A stretch of DNA of 62,239 nucleotides, counting the filler, from Porpidia crustulata (taxonomy: Eukaryota): the NCBI GenBank assembly GCA_964255105.1. It is 2 parts of 2 records of this genome, joined end to end, with 100 filler letters (N's around TTAATTAATTAA, not from the genome) between each part and the next. Parts side by side here need not be neighbours in the genome. Positions count along the whole stretch, not along the records: positions 31,398 to 62,239 come from CAXUWE010000018.1; 1 more part is not named here. One strand, written 5' to 3'. The translations under genes were made by a program, and so were the position numbers. Under the pieces are notes generated by a model. That model did not search any database. It was given only the letters and a program-made list of their open reading frames with translations, and was not told where the DNA came from. Below are positions 51,825-62,239 of this stretch, piece after piece. Each line of letters starts with the position of its first letter. Position 1 is the stretch's first letter.

Positions 51825-53410
51825 GCGACCGTGGATTTATGGGTGGCCATGAAACGAGTCGTATCGCCTCCAAGGAAAGTTCGGTTATCTTCAAAGGGTG
51901 CCAAAGCAAGTTGCCCTTTTCCAGCTACTGTGAAAAGCTGAAGTTACTTTTGCATACGTATTTGACTATTCGACCTAAGGCGAGTATAAGGGACTGTGCA
52001 AGGAGTAGTCGGGAAGCTGTCGACATTGTGATTCCAAGCTCAGTCTTAGCTCTCTCTAGATCTTATACTCCTGAGAAAGGGATGTTCCCTTTTGATCATA
52101 TACTGCTAAGAAAGGAATACTCACTGTCGCGTTTTCCGATTTCAATCATGGCCTTGTCGGGAGCAACGCATTTCCATGAGGCAGATAGTAATTCACCCGA
52201 CAAGGAATTCAGGACCAAGTCGATACCCGAGCCATGGGTAGCTTCCATGATGCCTTGCAAGAAGCTGCTGTCTCGAGAGTTGAATATACGATTTCTAGAA
52301 ATGCCGAACTCCTTCACCAGGAATGCGGCCTTGTCTTCACTGCCAACGGTGGCATATATCTCAGCTCCAAGCCACTTCGCGACGTGGATGGCACAAATTC
52401 CAATTCCTGGAGCTGTCAGCACAGATATACACGTAAAGAAAAGGGATGTTACCTCCAGCAGCACTGTGGATCAAGACAGATTGACCCTTGGACAACTTCC
52501 ATTTCTCGGATAGGAATATTAGGACGGTGACGTAGATAAGCGGCATGGTTGCCGCTTCTTCGTTGCTGAGTTGATCTGGAATCCTGATGCACAACTGAGC
52601 TGGTCTTCGGATTACCGTGGCCATTCCTATAGAGTCGGCCCCAACGGTCATGACGCGGTCGCCCACTGCAACGTTGGTGACTTTGGAGCCCAACTTGGTG
52701 ATGTACCCAACTCCTTCCAAGCCAAAGGTGCTGTCGCCGGCATTGGCGCCGGTTGCGGTTAGGACGTCACCGTAGTTCAAGCCCACGGCCGTTGTCTTGA
52801 TATGAACCTCTTCCGGAGCGGGATCTCCCAGCGGTTGGCTTGTCCACTCTAGAGTCTGTAGCAAACCTGGTATGCGGATAGTCAGACCCTTCGCCGTCGG
52901 TGCCTTTGCAGTTTCACAGAGATCCTTGTTGACCGGCATCCAGTGGAAACAGCCAACATTCAAGGGACCGTTCGCCCACGCCCACTCCATGTCGGCATCA
53001 AGTTCGTACTCGGTGTCCTTAGATCTTTGAACTTTGGTCAGAACATCAGCGACGACTCTCGCAGCTCCTAGTCCAGTGTCGCGAATGACGCTGCAAGTTC
53101 CGCCCGGTCGTTCTCATCAGATCAAGCATTTGCCCAGCGTAGGGGTCAGTCGGGTTGATCTGAGCGGCAGGCATGAGCCAAATGATGTTGGATTGCTGGT
53201 ACGAGTCTACCGTATGTAGAAGCTGAGTTGGATCGTCCTTTCCAATATCCTGGAGCAAGGTTTTATCTCCAAGATCCATGAAGGAGATAATGTCTTGGTC
53301 CAGGCGAGGTTCCTGGCCCCATTCGCACGAATCAAACTCAATATCACGTTCGCGAAGTACAGTTTCAACTTGGGCAACGAATGAATTCTTTTTGGAACTG
53401 TGAAGCAGGG
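51825..53410 (-). pseudogene. Highly reducing PKS fragment (enoyl-reductase region only)
   Basis: [67 protein letters not shown]; no KS/AT/KR/ACP; frameshifts. Confidence 0.85.
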
Positions 53411-54597
53411 TATGAGTACTTCAGTGCTCAGTCTTCATGTAATCTCATATAGTTTGCAGATTGGTCTCCGGTCCAAATGTATCCAAAGTTATTGAGGGTC
53501 GTGAGTCGAATTAATACAAAGATTCTAATCGGAAATGGTCTTCAAGAAAGTGACGAGTGGATCGATATGAATACCAGTGTAAGTGAAAATGGTCAGAGAA
53601 ACGTGTTCGCAATAGCTACTAATAGAGATAATATAGTACGCAAGAAATGTTTTCACATCCTCAGCAAAGCTCCGAATATTTCCTCCTATTCTGCGTCCTG
53701 TGGCTCAATTTATCTAACCCCGAACTCTGTAGTGTCTGGCACTGCAACCGTCGAGCACGAGATATGATAGCCCCTATTTTGGCCAATAGAATTGTGCGTG
53801 AGAAGAGCAGCGACCATAAAAAGCCACTCGACTCTATTGAATGGTTCCGGAATGACACGAACGACGCAAAAGATCGAAATGATCCGGAATTGCATCCCCT
53901 TGCGCAACTCCTCATCGGAGCCTTGAGTGTGAATACAACAACGCAGTTGATCACAAATTCAATCTTCAATCTTGCTACTCAGCCTGAGTACGTACCCATC
54001 TTGAGGCAGGAGATTGACGACACTTTGAGAGAAGTTGGAGGGAAATGGACTATGGAAGGTATGGCGCAGCTGCAGAAATTGGATAGTTTCGTCAAAGAAA
54101 CTCAAGGCATAGTGGACATTTGACTCGTAAGCAATATCTTTCCCTTACCGGTACAGTACATTAGGATTCTAAAGCAGGCAGTCACCTTCCATCGACTGGC
54201 GCGGGAAACAATCACTCTTTCTGACGGAACGCAAATCCCCAAGGGTTCCACGGTATTTTCGCCGGCAAATGCAATCAAGTTCGACCCCGAACTCTATCCA
54301 AACCCCGAGACCTTTGATGGTCTGCGCTTCTACAAGCTTCGGCATGCTTCACCGGAGGACGAGAAGAAGTTTCAACTAACAAGCCTCACCGGGGAACAGA
54401 TGCAGTTCGGAGCAGGCAGACACGCATGCCCGGGACGATGGATCGCTAGTCATCAAGTCAAACTCATACTTGCCCATCTCCTGGAAAAGTATGAACTCAA
54501 GTTGAAAAATGGCGAGGGGCGGCCGAAGACCATTTTGTTTCAGACGAATCAGTTCCCGAATCCACAAGGGGAGATATTGTTCAAGAATAGGAGGTAG
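53411..54597 (+). pseudogene. 5'-truncated cytochrome P450
   Basis: KLDSFVKETQG (ExxR lost), PETFDGLRF, QFGAGRHACPGR; N-terminal part absent. Confidence 0.85.
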
Positions 54598-54794
54598 AAG
54601 GATGTATATCGTAGATTGGTGGAGCCTACTGGTACCGTATCCAAACCGATACCGACCTTTTCTGTGAGGGTGTCCACCACCTCGCGTTAGTTTAGGCCTG
54701 CTCTCAAAATATGATTGAGGATGATTTATTGCGACTGCTGTGCAGAGTGCCACGCGTAGTTAGAACGGTGAAATTGTCTTTACATTACTTATAT

Positions 54795-55600
54795 TTGGAA
54801 CGAAGTCCTTTAGCGTACTTTACCGTTCGGACATTAAAGGACTTCGTTCTTACCACCACCATCACTTGACTCCCAATAACTCAACCATTTCTCATTCAAA
54901 TTTCTTCACCCAAGGAGCCAATCGCTTTCGCTTTACACATGTATCGAAATGGTCATTCTAAATCTTTATTCATGGCCGTAAAAGCAGTTTGAAGTTTCGC
55001 AGTGCACATGAGTCCCGACGTGATCACGGAATCCCACTCCCGAACCAATTCTGCTCTGCACAACCGCAAATTTTGTTCGTTCACGGAGGAAATTACAACT
55101 GTCGAATGGGGATTACTTGTCACAAAGGCGATCGTACAACATGACGCGAAATTGATTGTTGGTTTAGCACTAAACCGACGGGTCGAATCCGTCTCCCTCA
55201 ATTGGACTTCCAAATTTATTGCACGTCACCCACAATTTCGACTAAAGTATAATCGTCAGTACGACTACAAAATGGCCCTCTGCGAAGACCTTCAGCTTGG
55301 AAATCCGTTGGTGTACTCACTCGTCCGGAATTCAATTGACAAATGGGGAATCCAATCAGAGGACGTTAATAACTTCGACGAAACGGGCTTCCAAATGGGG
55401 GTTATCTCAACTACCAAAGTAGTTACATCGGTGAAAAGATATCGTACGAGGTCAAATTCAGTTCAACCTGGAAACGCGCATGGACTGTGGCAATCGAGGG
55501 TATCGAAGCGACTGGTCGAAAACTTCCTTGGATGGTGATTTCCAAAGGTAAACTCCGACAAAGCACCATCCTGAGCAGAGATTTACCCATCAACATGGAA
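54795..55600 (+). mobile_element. Degenerate pogo/Fot1 transposon fragment
   Basis: NWTSKFIARHP, YDYKMALCED, NFDETGFQMG, VQPGN; frameshifted and truncated. Confidence 0.8.
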
Positions 55601-56117
55601 CACAGGGCTTAGGCTCTGAGCTTATGTTCTTTGCCCGCCTCTATAGCGAAAAAGTCGAAGTAAGCACGGTCATCGTGTGGACTGCAGTATCTGGGAACAA
55701 ACTTCTCAAGACTCCTCGGAGCTTGGATGATATTATTCCCGTCGTATGCTGAAGGGACAGACCTCGATTTCTCCAAGTGAAAGCGGATAGAGCCTGTCGC
55801 TTTCAGACCATTCAGACGTCTTCGGCTGGGTAAGCGAGGAAGTCTATGAATGCCGATTCTCGGAAGGCGTACCGGTCGAATTGTCGAGAGAAAAAGACCT
55901 GCCGACTCGGACATGAGGAAGAGAAGAGAAGTCTAATTTTCATGAAGGTCGGGAAATTAGTATAATGAAATCAGAAAGTGTTTGATCAATTGAGCGAGGA
56001 TGAAAATTTCTTGCGACTCCGAATGCCAACAGATATCAGCACTCCTTCATATTTAATGTCTGACTTTGCGCAGAAATGCCAGCATGGGATCACTTCAGAT
56101 GATTTCAAAAGTATACG

Positions 56118-57500
56118 TCAAAGCCTCCTGATTTCTATACTCGTACATCCGTCGTGGCAAATCCATGGACTTAGAAGCCTCTTAGATCCGCATATAGTCT
56201 TTGGTTTGGAAGGATCTAATGAATACGAGTCTTCTCCTTTGAATATGTTCTGTAAGCAGTGGAAAGCTTCCTCTTCGTTGCGATTCCGCGGTCTCCAATT
56301 ATCGACGTCGAAAGTCTCAATTTGAGTGTACTGGCCATCTTTCCTTCCCCGCCGTGATGTCCGAGGATTTTTAGATTCCTGCAAGTATACAATCAAGGCT
56401 AGTAGCGGTATTATGTTAGAATCTAGTTCTCCCAATGTCAAAATACAAGTGACTGAATGCTAAATTGTGGCTCGTGGAAATTAGGGTTAGTTAACAGCGC
56501 TGAGTAAAGTTCGTATTGCCAATAGGGAATTGTTGCACGCAACACAAAGAACCTGAAATCTTAAGAAAGCCCGCTCCGATGACACCGAATGGATTATTGA
56601 TAGGTTCTGTGTGTGCCTCCAGGGCCTTGGCGAGAGGCTCGCAACGCATCTCATGATAGTAAAAGGCATTGTGAACGGGAACATTCGCGGATGCCCATGA
56701 CCAGGTCGATGCTCTGTACTCCTGATCGGCTAATCGTGTCCCTTTGGAATTGGACCATATCAACGAGGTCTCGATTTGGTAGCTCCACAAGCCAGCGAAA
56801 CATCTAACATGTTAATCGCGCCACATATGTGTGGGGAACATAACGATATTAGAAATGGCGACAAGCTTGTCCGAGGTGAGTGTCAAATCCCGGCGTGTGT
56901 AAAATCTCACGGCATCGTACAGTTTCCGTAGACAAGCGGCTTTGCGAAGAGGATTTGATCTTTGGGAAACGGCAAAGAACACCTCTGTACAGCAGTGGAG
57001 TTTCCAACGCCCTGCTCCAACACTCCTGTCGTGTCAGACTCCGAAGCCCGAAGGCTTGAACATTCCTGAATCGCCTTGTGGGATAGGAAATGTATGGTTC
57101 GGTGGGCAGGAAGTCGTTCTTGAACCATCCAAGCCTTTATACCCAAAGGCACGTGTTCAAGAATACCCAGGTCCTGTGTGTAGAAAAAGATTGTGAACTT
57201 CCTGTTTAGCCATCGATTCGCTCTGAAGATCATTCTCGCCCTTGGTGGCGTTACCGTCAACGGATTTCTGTCTTGAAAGATGCCTCCATTAGCATGGCTG
57301 GAGGAGTTTGCCACGATGTTGGGAAATGATCCTCCGTATACGTCGCTCATCATTATCGTGCATTCTCCTTCTCAATCTTGCGCGGAATCTTGAATGATAC
57401 GTAGACCGTCAATCCATATGTAATCAATAGCTAAAGATCGCGTCAATGCAATAGCACCACGAAAATTCCTGGGCAAATTCGAAATTGAAACTCCTCGTTT
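56118..57500 (-). pseudogene. HET-domain (heterokaryon incompatibility) pseudogene
   Basis: LPRNFRGAI, YIWIDGLRIIQD*, MSDVYG, AWMVQERL, DKLVAIS, YRASTWSWAS. Confidence 0.8.
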
Positions 57501-57932
57501 GTATGTAGCATGCCCATCGCAATTCTGAGACCCTGCCACCCTGCATCGACACTCGTTCCTCCTCTGGTCGTCCATCCCAGCCCAGTAATCCTTCCAGAAG
57601 GACGAAATTGAGTGAAGGTCTAAGATTTTAGTATGGTCAGAATGACGCTGCCGTACGCCGCGCCATACTGCAACTGCTCGAAGAAGTAACACATACGGAG
57701 GTGACTATCAAAGAAAGAGAAGAAGGAGAAGGAGAAGTTGGTTCGAGAACCGCGTGTTGACTCTTTCGGGGGATACGCGAGTACTAATTGAGACCGCCTT
57801 TGACTTGAGAAACCTTCGAGGACCATGAGCCATTTGATGTTCTAGGTCGACGCTTTCCCCACAGTATTTCGCCATGATATGATCGATTGAATGTCTAAAG
57901 ATCAGTCTCTATCACTACATCCTAGCCATGCA

Positions 57933-58924
57933 CTAGTATGTAGACTGGATCATAGCTACACGGCCCCCATCACATAGAAGAATTTGACCGTTGCAGTAAG
58001 CCCCAGCCCGACTTACCAAATATAAAATCGAGCCAGCCATCTCCTCTTCTGTGCCAAATCGCCTAGCCGGTATGAAGCTTGGATGAGTCACAGGCTCAGT
58101 CTCAGGATCACGAGCATTTATGACTGATTTGGTCATTTCGGATGGGAAAACTGCTCGAATAGTCAACGTTTGTATCTCTGGTAGATGACGGGGTAGACTT
58201 ACATCCAGGTGCCAATATATTGACCCTGATTTGGTGGGCAGCGAGATTCGTTGCAGCCTGCTTGGCCAACTGAACAATCGCGGCTTTACTTGCCATGTAC
58301 GCTGGAGGCGTGAAGCTAAATCTACTGAAAGATCCAATGCTTCCAAGGAAGACAACCTGGCTTTGAATTGAAGGCACTTGACTTCCCGCGTTAAGTGGCG
58401 CCCCGAATCCACCTTTCAAGGCATGCTGGTTCCCAGCATCAAGAAGTTCCAGAAATGCGAGCATCGTAAAGTATGCCCCAGTCAGATTGACTTGGTGTAC
58501 TTCTGCGAATCTCTCCATGGCAACTTCATCAAATAGGTGTTTGCGCAGATCCTAGATCGTCATCTTGGGGTTGAAAGAATTCATGGGACCTGTAGTTCCC
58601 GCACTCGCAATAACGAGGTTGACATAGCCAACTTCTTTGGTAATGGTGTCGACAGCCTTTTGAAGGGATGGCTTTGAGGTCACGTCACATACTAGGGGGT
58701 CGATGCTTGAGTTTCGGATGCTGCGGTCACTAAGATTGCTTCTCGTCGACCAAGGATATATACCCTTTTTGCACCGGCTCCTGCAAAGGCTCGGGCCATC
58801 ATCAAGCCAAGTCCTAGACGCAATTAGAACGTGTGTTGGTATACAATTCGACAAACGCACCATCGCCGCCACATGTTATCACGGCAACAAGGCCATCGAC
58901 GCTGAATAAGTTAGAGGAGTCCAT
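57933..58924 (-). pseudogene. Short-chain dehydrogenase/reductase pseudogene
   Basis: LFSVDGLVAVITCGGDG, CDVTSK, AYMASKAA (YxxxK), IRVNILAPG, DGGR; frameshift near 58710 and TAG at 58552-58554. Confidence 0.8.
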
Positions 58925-59681
58925 GGTAATCTGGGTGTTTACGTATTTGCCCAATACTTGTTTAATTGATAGTGCAGAAGCCGCATTTAAAGATCCTTCT
59001 ATGTGTGCTAATCGGGATCTTGAAAAAGATATTCACGCCCGCACAGAGATAGGTTCTCATTGGACTGACCTCGCGCAGATTTACCATAGTCCAAATTTAC
59101 AAACGCGTGTTGCTCATTAACGCAGGGAAAAAGTTAGAAGAATCACCCTTGCCAATGCCGAAATCCGGTGGCCTTTGACTCGCCCACAAAATACTCCTTG
59201 CTGACGACGACGTTAGACAAGGCACTGAATCATTTGCTTGCTTAATCACGAACATGTTTTATTTTATGCGCCCGAAGATTGTAAACTTCCTCATCTAAAT
59301 TAGTTCTCTTCAGCGAGTTCGGGTCATTTTCAACACCAGAAGTAGAGCGCGGCCACGCTAGTTTGAAATCGATCAGGTAACCCTAACCCTTGGTATGGTA
59401 GCCGAGCTACGGTTTTAGCCGAACTAGCAGTTCACGTTAGTAGACAATTCAATTAAACTGCATACTACATGACATTCTGAACAGTCATTTTGAATGATTT
59501 TATAAAAATGCGTTCAGTCACTACTCGATCAATTTCACATTTCAGACGCTAGAAACAAGAAGTGAGAAGGCCGCCTCCAACGCCGTCGAGACCGTCTCTA
59601 ATCAGACGCGTTCTCACCTGCACACAAAGTGACCGCGTCTCCTAAGTCCTTCATCATCACCCAAAACACCCAACTGGAAGT

Positions 59682-61242
59682 ATGGCATCTTCTGGTAGAC
59701 CACGGCAATCTAATGCAGCGAGTATGCATAGTCGAAAGTCATCTCAATTGCCTCCGTATCAACCTCTAGCCAACAAGCTCAACGATGCTGCCCAACGCGC
59801 TGTACACAACCTTCCAAATGATCATCGCCTTGACGGCCTCACAAGACGGCTTAAGATGGCAAATACTTTTTTGGGCAACAACGCAGGCGATCTCACTGAT
59901 TGTCTGTATAGGAAGACTGCAGCTCAGCAGCGGCGACAAGCTAGGTTGAGAGCGCAAGGCGCCGATGATAACATGGATGGCGTGGAAGTCCAGGAGATGA
60001 GGCGCACCGTTGAAGAAATGGTCAGTCGGATGGAGAGAAGCGTGCGAATGATCATTGACGCGAGAGTTGTGCTCGAAGGAGCTGAAGCTGCTTTGAAAGA
60101 GCTTGATTCAAACATTACTGCTGGTCGGGGTGCTGTTGCGCCTACTCAGAGTACACTTGGCGCAAGCCAATTCCGGCGAAAGAGAGAACTTCGTGGAGCG
60201 GAATCTGATGACGAAGACGAAGAAAGTGACGATGAAGCTTTCCAGAGCCAGGACATTGGTGATGGACCTTTGATTTCATGGAAGAAGAAGACTGCCGAGA
60301 ATATATCTATTTATAAGCGCTTGTCCAAGCGAAATCGGTATGTATCAGGTTCACATGTAGCTACTGTAAGGTTACTAACTTACCGACCCAGATACGCTTC
60401 CCACAACGACTACATTGGGTTCAGAAAGGTGATTCATGATGCCCGTCACCCTGAAGACGATGCTCCGCCAATGGCACATTCATCCACATGGTTTGCTGGG
60501 TCAGAGGATGAGCCTGACACAAATGTCAACACTGCAGAAAAAACAGCTGCGGCTGACCCGGATGACGATGAGGACGTTGCCATTGCTTCGGAAAAGAAAA
60601 GCCTGAAATGTCCCATTACCCTGCTAACGATGGAAGACCCCCTGTCCAGCGTGAAGTGCCCTCACAGCTTTGAGCGTTCCGCAATTCTTGAAATGCTAGA
60701 GCTGAGTGAGATGCGAATTGGGGGTAGTGGTCGACGCGGAGCTCGAGACGGACAGAAAGCGATGAAGTGTCCAGAGTGTGACGTTGTATGTACCCGTGAT
60801 CACGATTTTGCTACGGACCATGCCCATCCAAGCTAATCACCAATTACAGATCCTCATGGCATCCGACCTTCAAAGCGATCCAGTGCTAATCCGCCGAATC
60901 AAACGCCTTCAAGCTGCCGAGGCAGCGTTGGAAGGTGAGTCTGACGATGACACGGGACGCCCCTCCCTACCGCGTGGTAGTCAGAAACGGCCGGTGGAGC
61001 CGATCAGTAGCGACCACGAGGGTGAACCTTCAAACGCTTCTCGAGCTAGATCTGCGATGCCAAGGATCAAGGCGGAGAAGCTAAAGGCGGAGAAGATGCT
61101 TAGTTCAGCAAGAGTCCGGGACGTTTCCATGGTACCGAATTCACAGGTTCAACGGCTTGTTAGAGAGGATGAGGGACCACCTTCTACAGCCGAGTCGGAG
61201 ATTGTTGACCTCGAGGATGATATGACCGAAGATGAAGAGTAG
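59682..61242 (+). CDS. MMS21: SUMO E3 ligase Nse2/Mms21 (SMC5/6 subunit)
   Basis: SP-RING-like SLKCPIT..CPHSFERSAI..KCPEC; YASHNDYIGFRKVIHDA; N-terminal coiled coil. Confidence 0.85.
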
Positions 61243-61622
61243 TAATTGCGGATGTTTCCTGGTTTAATCAAATCAGCCCAATTATTTTTGACTGCGGTTT
61301 GGAAAAATCGCGGCGTGGCTTTGCAAATACCAGTGCCAACTGATGTGAGGGTATTTTGTATTGCATTGCGACTGAATATACTACCTACCGAATGCTAAAA
61401 TCGAGCAAAATAAGCAAGAGCGCCAGCAGCTGAACATATGCGGAGAGCATTCATGTCGATAGACTATCCAGAAACGTTCAAAGGGTCAACCGAAGTCTCC
61501 ACCATCATATTCCCACAGCACAATTAGACGAATCATTGATCGATTGAAGCCGAGAATAAGACCACCGCCAACCAGTCTTTACCTCAAGACAGATAGGACG
61601 CCCTCCCCGAGTAACATATTCG

Positions 61623-62239
61623 TCATCTTGTAATGAATCCTAGGTAATCCGCAACAATGAGAGTAATCATACTATGTCGTCCCGTCAGCACACCCTCCAC
61701 CAAAATATCTAAGATACCTCACGGCATCACCTCTGGGAAAGGAGCAAAAAAAACGGGAACACTCACGCATGAGGCGCGATCCTCACATAATAAGTCCCAA
61801 ACCCGCGGTAAAACCTCAACAGCCCCTCATCCTTCGCCACCTTCCGAAAACAATCGCCCATTCCTTTGTACGGCACGCTCCCATCCGGCCGCTTCTGTTG
61901 CCGCTGTAACCTCGTCTTGACAAAATCGAACGGCAAGCTGAAGAAACTCGCAAAAAAGCCGGCCACGGCACTCGCCGTCAACGTCTGCACATGCGGCGCC
62001 AGCTGCGTCCTCGCTTTCAATTGGCCCTTGGCCTCGCTGAAGAACGCCAACTGCCCAAAGTTCAACGCCATGGCCCTCACCACCGTCGGTGTCGCCCCGG
62101 CCCACAACGCAAATACCCCCTCGCTCTTTGCAATCCGACTCAGCGCGTCCACCACGCTGCGGTAATTCGCCCGCTGGTCCTTTGGCCTTAGCCCATCGCT
62201 CTGCATCCGAATCAGTGCCAAATCCGCCGGATTCCCCAC
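61623..62239 (-). CDS. Mitochondrial 2-oxoglutarate/malate (dicarboxylate) carrier, 3' part
   Basis: PADLALIRMQ, PTVVRAMALN, PFDFVKTRLQ, YVRIAPHA|MITLIVADYL; runs off the window. Confidence 0.9.

Noticed and set aside
59378..59390. taaccctaaccct telomere-like motif
   Set aside because: Only two units; not a telomere or a meaningful interstitial array

Overview
Intron-containing filamentous ascomycete (Pezizomycotina-like) DNA with two assembly gaps; gene identities come from motif recognition, not database searches. 1-23.4 kb: five apparent secondary-metabolite tailoring genes (CloQ/NphB-type prenyltransferase, nitroreductase, LovD-like esterase/acyltransferase, FAD monooxygenase, EthD protein) share an upstream TCGG-N3-TCGG motif. 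They are separated by a ~13 kb block holding an intact pogo/Fot1 transposase ORF and a three-gene cassette: TPR-CHAT protease, DUF6594-like membrane protein, and C14 caspase-like protease. That cassette is the best candidate for an undescribed system (a fungal protease-cascade cell-death/immunity module). Middle: LINE relic, Pth11-like gene, amino-acid permease with a 672-bp tandem duplication, sugar transporter, GDPD. 41.8-58.9 kb: a tract of pseudogenes (Pth11-like, NCS1 permease, methyltransferase, HR-PKS, P450, Fot1, HET, SDR) and a palindromic MITE. The window ends in the core genes NSE2/MMS21 and a mitochondrial carrier.
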